DNA from: Octopus sinensis
Taxonomy: Eukaryota
Assembly: GCF_006345805.1 (NCBI RefSeq)
Contig: NW_021824546.1
Coordinates: 1-17,011, forward strand
DNA: 17,011 nucleotides
Reading direction: 5' to 3'
The position numbers and the translations under genes were made by a program. Below the pieces are notes generated by a model. The model saw only the letters and a list, made by a program, of their open reading frames with translations, searched no databases and had not been told where the DNA came from. The number at the start of each line of letters is the position of its first letter. Position 1 is the stretch's first letter. Shown here piece by piece: positions 9,085 to 17,011 of the stretch.

Positions 9085-9200
9085 GTTTTATATTTTGGAG
9101 GTTTTTAAACATCCTTAAAAAGAGTCAATTGATTGACCTGCTAGAAAAATAATCAAATTCTACGAATTTGATAAACGACACTTACATATTGAGCTCTAAC

Positions 9201-9385
9201 GCATCCATCTGTCCATCCATTCAGCTAACCATCTGGTCATCACTCCATCTATTTACCCATCCGGCCAGTCATCCAGCCAGCCATTCATCCATTCTCATCC
9301 ATCCATACAACCAGCGAACCAAGCAGGTACATCTATCCAAGGAACGAACAAGCCATTCGGCCAGCGAAAGAGCGAGCCAACAAGC
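9201..9385. repeat. Degenerate tetranucleotide repeat (CCAT)n drifting to (CCAG)n/(GCGA)n
   Basis: 4-nt periodicity is visible throughout. Confidence 0.7.
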
Positions 9386-9404
9386 TGCCATCTTAAAAAC
9401 AGAT

Positions 9405-9600
9405 ATCATCACCATCACCATCATCATCATCTTCATTTAACGCCCATCTTCTTTCTTCACATCGCTCGACCAGTTTGACAGGATCCGATGTTGCTGCTTC
9501 TGTACCAACTCATTTAGCTTGGTTTTTACGGTAGGATGCGCTTCCTATCGCCAACCCCTTTTACAGCGTCGACTGGCTTCTATTTTTCGTGCCACCTGCA
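9405..9600 (-). mobile_element. Degenerate SINE/LINE 3' fragment (family D) with (GAT)n tail
   Basis: (CAT)n then TTTAACGCCC...GGATGCGCTTCCTATCGCCAACC...GTGCCACC. The GGATGCCCTTCCT..CGCCAACC-type motif is one I recall from invertebrate SINE bodies. Single copy in the window. Confidence 0.5.
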
Positions 9601-9708
9601 CTGTTGAGGTCCTCCATGCAGTTCGCAGGACTAAGAGCCTTGGGAGGAGTGGATGATATGGTCATAAGCACCGTTACATATAAGGGATAAAAAAACAGAA
9701 GGGTCTCT

Positions 9709-9888
9709 GCTGGAATGCCTTGAATCATAGCTCTCTCCCTTTCTCTCTCTCTCTCACTCTCTCTCTCTCACTCCCCTCTCTCTCTCACTCTCTCTCTCTC
9801 TCACTGCCCTCTCTCTCTCTCTCACTCTCTCCTCTCCTCTCTCTCACTCCCACTCACTCTCTCTCTCCTCACTCTTCCTCTCTCACTC

Positions 9889-9925
<37 letters not shown>

Positions 9926-9946
9926 TCCATCGGGGCTAAACCGGGG
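9709..9946 (+). mobile_element. Family C 3' end interrupted by a ~190-bp (CT)n (9731-9923)
   Basis: The two flanks match consecutive parts of 3565-3612. Confidence 0.5.
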
Positions 9947-10057
9947 CCCCTCACTAACAATATAAACAATGCTTCCCCTTCTTACTTCAAAAAACTAGAA
10001 TCCCCTTTTCAACAAACTTATTTCTAGCCGCTCCATCCATGCCTCTTCATACTTTCA

Positions 10058-11040
10058 CTCTCTCTCTCTTTCTCTCTATCTATCTATCTATCTCTTTCAC
10101 TCTTTGTATATCTTCCTTTCCCTCTCTCTCTTTCCTTCTTTCTCTCTCATATATGTATATATGTATATAGATATACGTATGTATTTATGTTTATATATAC
10201 ATATATATACATGTATATATACACACTTATGTATGCGTTCGCATGCGTCTGTGTTTAAATATGCGCATATACGTGTGTGTGTACATTTATACATACGTAC
10301 ACACACATGCACACATACATACATACATACATACGTACATACATACATACCGTACATACATACATACATACATACATCTACATACGTACATACATACTAC
10401 ATACATACATACATACATACTACGTAATCACTACATACATACATACATACATCATACATACATACATACGTACATACTACATACATGCATACATACATAC
10501 ATACATACATACATACATACGTACATACATACATACATACGTACATACATACATACATACATACAAACATACATACATACATACGTACATACATACATAC
10601 ATACATACATACATACATACATACATACATACATACATACATACAATTCACGCACACCGACTCCGTGCTTCGAAATCAAATCATTTCCTAAACAACAGAT
10701 ACAGATCTAACTTCGAATGTCACCTGCGTAAAACACACACATACACACGCGCGCGCGCACACATCCACACACAAGCTAACATATACACACACAGAAATTA
10801 ACATATATATACACACACACACAAGCTCACACACACACACAACACACACACACACAAGCTAACATACACACACACACACAACCTCACATACACACACACA
10901 AGCTCACATACACACACATACACAGGCTAACATATATACGGGCACACATGGACACACAACGCCCATGAGCATCTCCGTACTAATGTAACACACACACACA
11001 CATACACATATACGCACATACGCACATACACACACACGTA
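10058..11040. repeat. (CT/CTAT)n, (AT/AC)n, (ACAT)n at 10305-10644 and (AC)n with AAGCT-core units
   Basis: Seen directly. A short non-repeat gap lies at ~10645-10733. Confidence 0.95.
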
Positions 11041-11094
11041 CAGCTGCAAGTTTATTTGATGCTCTTTAATTGGTGATAGCGTCACAGATGAGCG

Positions 11095-11254
11095 TGGCGG
11101 CGGCGATGGCGGCGCTGTTGGTGGTGGTTCAGTGATGCTATTGGTGGTGGTGGTGGTGGTGGTGATGAAAGAGGTGACAGGCAGAGGAGCGAGGGGGTGA
11201 ATGTATCGATATTATTGATGGTGGTTGATATAGTGGTGGTAATGGTGATGGTGG

Positions 11255-11295
<41 letters not shown>

Positions 11296-11712
11296 CTACT
11301 AGTAGTAGTAGTAGTAGTGGTGGTAGTGGTGGTGGTGGTGGTGGTGGTGGTGGTGGTGGTGGTGGTGTAGTAGTAGTAGCAGCAGCAGCAGTGGTGGTGG
11401 TGTTGGTGGGGGTGGGGGTGAGAATGGTGGGGTGGGGGTTGGGGTGATGGATGGTGGTAGTGGTAGTAGTAGTAATTGTAACACTAGCAACAGCGGCGAA
11501 GGCGACAGCGTCGGCAGTTGCAGTGGTAGCAGTGGAATTGGCGGTAGTGGTGGTGGTGGTTGTGGAGGTTGTGGTGGCGGAGGAGGAGGAGAAGGAGGTG
11601 ATAGTGGTGGTGCTGGTAATGGTGGTGGTGGTGGTGGTGGTGGTGGTGGTGGTGGTGGTGGTGGTGGTAGTAGTCGTGGTGGTGGTAGTGGTGGTGGATG
11701 GTGACGATGTGG
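11095..11712. repeat. (GGT/AGT/AGC)n trinucleotide field
   Basis: Seen directly. Confidence 0.95.
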
Positions 11713-12140
11713 GTAAGGATGCCAGCGGTGCAGGGAGCGGCGATGAGAGATGCGGTTTTGGTGACCCATGACCAAAACCGTCGTAAACGCGGTCACTGTA
11801 TTGCCTTGTCTATCGCGGATTACATGGGCCAATGTGTCCTTTCAAGATTCTTAAAGAATACATAAATTGGAGGCAAAAAGGCTCGTCTTAGCTCGCGGTT
11901 GGCAGTGACAAAGCGCAATGAGGCTGAAATGCATCGGGTGTTCCCGCTGACCAATGCCAGAACGATTTCCGTCTCCTACTGTTATTTTACTGTTTGAACA
12001 AAGCACGTACATAAGAGATGTTACCTCAGGACGAATACCGCAGAAACTTTACCTTTCAACGATGTGTTTACATTGAGTACGATACATAGATGGCTATTTT
12101 CATATATATGTATATATATTCATATATATATACACACACA

Positions 12141-12203
<63 letters not shown>

Positions 12204-12205
<2 letters not shown>

Positions 12206-12410
12206 CTTTTATTTGTTTCAGTGATCAGACTGTGGCCATGTTGGAGCATTGCCTAGAATTTTTAGTTGAAGGGATCGAATCGAGCCCAGCACTTACTTCT
12301 TGAGTTTGGTATTCATTCAATCGGTCACTTTTGCCGAACCACTAGCTTACAGAGACGTAAACACACCAACACCAGTTGTCAACTGGTGTTGGGGGGAAAA
12401 ACACACACAA
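12204..12410 (-). mobile_element. Family A SINE 3' half, ending in its internal (CA)n
   Basis: TTTGTTTCAGTGATCAGACTGTGGCCATGTTGGAGCATTGCCT...TTTTGCCGAACCACTAGCTTACAGAGACGTAAACACACC aligns to 8305-8455. Confidence 0.85.
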
Positions 12411-12699
12411 CACACACACATACACTCAAACACACAAACTCACGCGCGCGCTTGCACACACACACAACACACACACACACACACACATATATAAATATAT
12501 ATATGATATTAATTATTAATTACCAATTATTAGCGACGGAAGCAGTGTTAGTACCGAAAGGTAATCTGTATATCCTACTTAACATGGATATTTTGTTAAA
12601 AGACCGAATACTGCGTTATTAGCATTGACTGGTGCTCTCTTACAGATGCTTGGAGCATAAAGCACACCGATCGTTACAGATGAAATTCTATCATAGGCG

Positions 12700-13750
12700 G
12701 CGGTATTTTGGTGGTGGTGGTGGATGACAGCTGTGGCAGTAGTTGTGGTGGTAGCGGTATAGTGACGGTAGTGGTATAGTGGTGGTGGTGGTGGTGGTAG
12801 TGGTGCGCGCGCTGGTTGTGGTGGCGCTGCTGCCGATGTTAGAAATGGTGGTGGGGTTGTTGGTGCTGTTTGTAGTTGCATAACTGGAGAAATGATTATG
12901 GTTCAGTTGTTCCACTGGATGAAGTGGCGGTGGTGCCGTTGACCGCGTCATTGGTGGTGGTCACCTTCTTCCTAGTAACCATGGTAATCGTCGTGGTAGT
13001 GGTCATCGTGGTCGGTGATGGTTCTTATTGTTGTTGTGATGGCGACGGTGGAGTGATTGTGAGAGAGCCACAGATGACGTCATGAAGAGATGTGTTGATG
13101 GGAAGGGGTGACGGGGGAAGGGTGACGAGGGGGAAGGAGTGACAGGGGAAGGGGTGGCGATGAGGATGTTTCTTATAGGATCGAACGTAAAGCTAAAACT
13201 GATTATGTAAGAGATGCTGAAGGTATTGCTGCTAGTGGGGCCGGCCCCGGGGCGTTTGGTGAAGATAAATGAGGTGGCGCCGATGACGATGTCAGTGGTG
13301 GTGGAAGCGACGGTGGGGATGGTGGAAGATATAATGGTGGTGGTTGTGGTGTGGGTGGCGGCGGAAGTATATGTTAATCGTTATTGTAATGGTTATGATG
13401 ACGGCGGTGGCGGTGGTGGTGATGATGGTAATATGGTGGAAGTAGATGTTAATGGTGGTGGTGGTGGTGGTAGTGGTGGCAGTGGTGGTGATGGTGATGG
13501 TGATGGCGGTGGTGTGGTGTGGTGGAAATAGATGTTAATGGTGGTGGTGATGGTGGTGATGGTTGTGATGTTGGTGGTGGAGGTGATGGTGGTGGTGGTT
13601 GTGGTGCTTGTTGTGGTGTTGGAGGTGGTGGTGATAGTGGTGGTGTGGTGGAAGTAGATGTTAGTGGTGGTGGTGATGGTATTTCACGATAATATTGATG
13701 GTTGCAGTGGTAGGGTTTCATAGCGACGATGATCATCGGAATAACGACTG
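12700..13750. repeat. Degenerate (GGT/GAT)n fields with a more complex insert at ~13060-13280
   Basis: Seen directly. Confidence 0.85.
13074..13157 (+). promoter_or_regulatory. Palindromic CRE (ATGACGTCAT) followed by a G4-forming GGGAAGGGTGAC-type repeat
   Basis: TGACGTCA at 13075-13082. Four imperfect units at 13100-13157 carry TGACG half-sites and five or more G-runs. Motif only. Confidence 0.3.
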
Positions 13751-14035
13751 CGATGGGCGGTGGGGTGAGGCGAGGGCGGTTACTGAAGATTGGAGGGGAA
13801 GGGAATAGAGGAGGCGGAGAGGGGGATAGTAAGAGTTTTTGTCAGGCGAATTACGCTAATTATACAACTTTATTTAACATCAGGCCACAATTACAACTTA
13901 ATTTACAAACAACCAATCATTTTCATCAACACAGACACTACATTCATCAGGTTGCTCAGTGTTAGAACAACGGAACTTTAATTAAGGCGGTGCGACAGCC
14001 AACAGCCCCCACCCCGTACAAACACACCTTTCATA

Positions 14036-14197
14036 CCACCACCACCACCACCACCACCACCACCATCACCGTCACCATATTCATCAGTGATTAGAACCCA
14101 ACCATCACCATCATCACCAATAACAACACTGTCAACACGACCAACATCATCATCATCATCATCATAACCATCATTATCCTCATCATCGTCGACGTCG

Positions 14198-14228
<31 letters not shown>

Positions 14229-14327
14229 ATAACCAGCACAGGCTGCGGCATACATCACCACCACCACCACCATCATCATCATCTTCGACGTCGTTGACAT
14301 CATCATCATCATCATCATAATCATCAT

Positions 14328-14359
<32 letters not shown>

Positions 14360-14372
14360 TCGTAATCGCCAT
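14036..14372. repeat. (CAC)n/(CAT)n/(CAG)n field
   Basis: Seen directly. Opposite polarity to the (GGT/GAT)n fields upstream. Confidence 0.95.
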
Positions 14373-14466
14373 CTTCTCTTCCGTAGCCAGCGTTTCGTCT
14401 TACACACTTACCGATAAAAAGGTTAATGAGTGCATGCCATCACCTTTGCCATCTCTGTCATTATCA

Positions 14467-14538
14467 TCTCTCTCTCTCTCTCTCACTCTCTCTCTCTCTC
14501 CCCCTCTCTCTCTCTATCTATCTATCTATCTATCTCTC
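14467..14538. repeat. (CT)n/(CTAT)n
   Basis: Seen directly. Confidence 0.95.
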
Positions 14539-14585
14539 TTCCTTCTTTTGCCGTGACGTCATATCGTCTTCGCTACAACAACATC

Positions 14586-14738
14586 GAGGCCTATGATCCA
14601 ACGAAGAAATTATGTGGTTGTTCAACTTGCTAGAAATAACGACCAAGTATTTCCCAAATCGCACACCAGCGTCTTAAAAAAAGGCGATACACCAGCATGG
14701 CGGCAGTCAGATGACTGAAAGAAGAAAAAGAAGAAAAC
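14586..14738 (+). mobile_element. Family C fragment fused to a family A 3' tail
   Basis: 14680-14738 AAAGGCGATACACCAGCATGGCGGCAGTCAGATGACTGAAAGAAG matches the reverse complement of 8300-8350. 14586-14684 resembles family C. Confidence 0.6.
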
Positions 14739-14828
14739 AATAAAAAAAATCCAAATAAATTTTCCAACTTTTAGAGCCATTATTTTCTACTGAAACAAAA
14801 ATGAAAACTAAAACCCATTACAACAACA

Positions 14829-14830
14829 GC

Positions 14831-14862
<32 letters not shown>

Positions 14863-15210
14863 GAAGAAGAAGAAGAAGATGAAAAAGAAGAAGAAGGATG
14901 GGAGGGGGAGGAGGAGGAGAAGAAGAAGGAAAAGAAGTAGAAGAAGAAGAAGAAGAAGAAAGAGGAGGAGCAGGAGGAGCAGGGGAGAAGAAGAAGGAAA
15001 AGAAGTAGTAAAGGAAAAGAAGAAGGAGGAGAAGAAGATGAAGGAGGAGGAGGGGAGGGGAGGGGAGGAGAAGGAAGAAGAAGAAGGAGAAGAAGGAGGA
15101 GAAGACGAAGAAGAAGAAGAAATAAAGAGGATGAGGGGGAAGGGTGGGGGGGGAGGGGGGGGGGAGGGGGGGATCGGGCATTAGGGGGGGGAGGAAGGGA
15201 AGGAAGAAGA
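14829..15210. repeat. Polypurine (GAA/GGA)n tract ending in G-runs (G4 motif ~15134-15193)
   Basis: Almost pyrimidine-free on the + strand. Confidence 0.95.
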
Positions 15211-15257
15211 GTCTCCCTCTCCCTCCCCTGTAATCATGCAATTACAACCCTACACGC

Positions 15258-15523
15258 GAAGGAAGGTGTGTAGCGTGTGATCGTCGCATTGACCAAGACA
15301 GAGAATGTTTTCATAGGCGATACCTGCTCAGAGGCCTACACAAAGTTGCAGAAAGTGTATGGAGAGGAGTGTGTGAGTCAGACACAAGTGTATGAGTGGT
15401 TCAGACGTTTCTAAAATGAACAAAAAAAATGTCGACCAGCAGAAATGAGAAAAACATCGCGGTGAGTTATCAGAGAATGCGCTGATTAGTTATGTTTCCG
15501 TTCAGTCCATTATCACTGAAGAT
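15258..15523 (+). pseudogene. Decayed mariner (Tc1/mariner) transposase N-terminus
   Basis: 15316-15414 translates GDTCSEAYTKLQKVYGEECVSQTQVYEWFRRF*, typical of the first mariner HTH. 15435-15461 gives TSRNEKNIA and 15464-15523 gives ELSENALISYVSVQSIITED (second HTH). Stops and deletions lie between the pieces. Confidence 0.85.
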
Positions 15524-15734
15524 TCTCTGTTAAACTTTCTCTATTTATGGTGAATTTTGACGATCACACGTTACGCACCTTTCTTCCAAACACTGCTATA
15601 AACAGCAGAAGTGAGCTAGAACGTTAAAACTTAGCGCGCATACAAAGCAATCTGTACCCAACGACTTCCCTCTGTGTGCTTTAGACTGTTGTTATTATGG
15701 CAACAGTCCGGATACTTATTGATCAGACCTCGTA
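15524..15734 (-). mobile_element. Mariner 5' end with TIR and TA target site, inverted
   Basis: Reverse complement begins TA-CGAGGTCTGATCAATAAGTATCCGGACT, a mariner-type TIR (15705-15732, TA at 15733-15734). Its far end is homologous to 15258-15310. Confidence 0.8.
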
Positions 15735-15887
15735 TAGAGGAATATGTACACATGTGCAGAGACATATGCGCATATACACTTTCATATATAACGCAGGTGT
15801 TTCGTACTTCATGGTTCTATGTAAAAATATATCAAAGACTTCTATGCCATACGCATTCAATATCTATATTTATGTATATACATATAT

Positions 15888-15953
15888 ATAGAGATAGATA
15901 GATAGATACATACATACATACATACATACATACATACACACATACAAACAGAC

Positions 15954-15993
<40 letters not shown>

Positions 15994-16090
15994 TGTGTGT
16001 GCGTGTGTGTGTATGTATATATATGTATATATATCTATGTATATATATATATATTATATATATATATTATATAATTGTTTATATATATAT
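15888..16090. repeat. (AGAT)(ACAT)(AT)(GT)(AT) compound microsatellite
   Basis: Seen directly. Confidence 0.95.
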
Positions 16091-16396
16091 AAAAAATCAT
16101 AGGAGTTGTTTAATGAGCCTGCCTCCCTCTGTGTCTCATGTAGACGTGCGGATGTGTATTTTGGGATCCAATTGTCTTTTGATTTTTTTTCAAAACGAAA
16201 TTCTTCAACAAATATTAATTTATAAAAAGTTACTTTTGTTTTCTGCTCCGAAAAACTAACAAACTTAACGCAATAAAATATTTTAACTTTATTTAATCTA
16301 AAATATTAAATATAACGATAATAAGGTTTTTGCTTTTAAATATTCCTTAAGCAGATGATATTTACTTACAGGGTTTTCAAACAAAAATCAACTCTA

Positions 16397-16398
<2 letters not shown>

Positions 16399-16458
<60 letters not shown>
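16399..16458. repeat. Perfect (ATT)n, about 20 units
   Basis: Seen directly. Confidence 0.95.
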
Positions 16459-16459
<1 letters not shown>

Positions 16460-16921
16460 GTTTATTGTTTTTTCTTAAATCATATTTGACATCTTTGACT
16501 GTCGCTGTGTTGTTTATACACTCGTCTATTTATTCTATGTAGTTATTTTGTGTAAATTTAAAAAGAAATAATTTGTTAACACGCCTTAATATATTGTGTA
16601 ACGTCTCAGCCCTTGCTCCCCCCCCCCCACAGCCGCCGCCTCCACTTCGTCATGTTGTTTTGAATTTGTTTCCACACATGTTTTTGGAAACACATTTGCA
16701 TTCGTTTTGTTTTATTCTTTGCCTCCATGGACCAACGCTGGTAGCTATAATAAAGAAGCGTTCATTGTCATCATGGCTGCTGCTGTTATTGTCTGCCATC
16801 TTGAAAAACATTAACCCTCAACATGGCGGTGTCCCAGCCGTAAACCAATGGCCGACCATGGAAATATATCGTAAATACACACACACACACATACACACAT
16901 ACACACACACGCACACACACG

Positions 16922-17011
16922 TTCTTTTATTCTTTTACTTATTTCAGTCATTTGACGACGGTCATGCTGGAGCACGACCTTGAAGGGTTAGTCAACACAA
17001 ATCGACCCCAG
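16922..17011 (-). mobile_element. Family A SINE 3' end, running off the window
   Basis: TTCTTTTACTTATTTCAGTCATTTGACGACGGTCATGCTGGAGCACGACCTT...AATCGACCCCAG aligns to 911-992 and 8295-8370. Confidence 0.85.

Noticed and set aside
478-9152. Similar peptides in several ORFs (GGAMAQ...PPPPAGAS; SGFGRLKE)
   Set aside because: The similarity comes from SINE families A and B, not from a gene family.
11288-11301. Palindrome TAGTAGTACTACTA
   Set aside because: A tiny local inversion or two substitutions within (AGT)n; expected noise.
11299-11832. Gly-rich and Pro-rich ORFs reminiscent of structural proteins
   Set aside because: All frames are open only because of (GGT)n. There are no Tyr/His/Ala modules or signal peptide as in suckerin or beak proteins.
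1-17011. CRISPR array or prokaryotic operon/defence system
   Set aside because: No regularly spaced direct repeats with unique spacers, no gene-dense ORFs and no ribosome-binding sites. The sequence is clearly repeat-rich animal DNA.

Overview
Eukaryotic non-coding DNA, most likely an intron or intergenic stretch of an octopus (coleoid cephalopod) genome. That assignment is inferred from the tRNA-derived SINEs and the very high microsatellite load. I find no supportable protein-coding gene. Nearly all ORFs in the track are read-throughs of (AT)n, (AC)n, (ACAT)n, (CT)n, (GAT)n, (GGT)n or (GAA)n tracts, or of SINEs. About half the window is simple repeat. The rest holds at least five SINE-like families (labelled A-E, plus a CORE-type SINE; these are my labels, not database names), a 356-bp hAT/Charlie-like MITE with TIRs and an 8-bp TSD, a decayed mariner with recognisable HTH peptide and one TIR, and a few short unique islands. 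The most notable observations are: (1) three SINEs share one ~190-nt tRNA head/body but switch to three unrelated 3' tails at the same junction; (2) two of them form a close inverted pair that could fold into an ADAR-type dsRNA; (3) a CORE-SINE has lost its head while a body-less head sits inverted beside it; (4) the mariner relic has its 5' end duplicated in inverted orientation; (5) unique islands contain YY1, CRE, CCAAT or TAAT motif clusters. I see no evidence of a novel protein-based system. The interest lies in retroposon modularity and possible RNA or regulatory structure.
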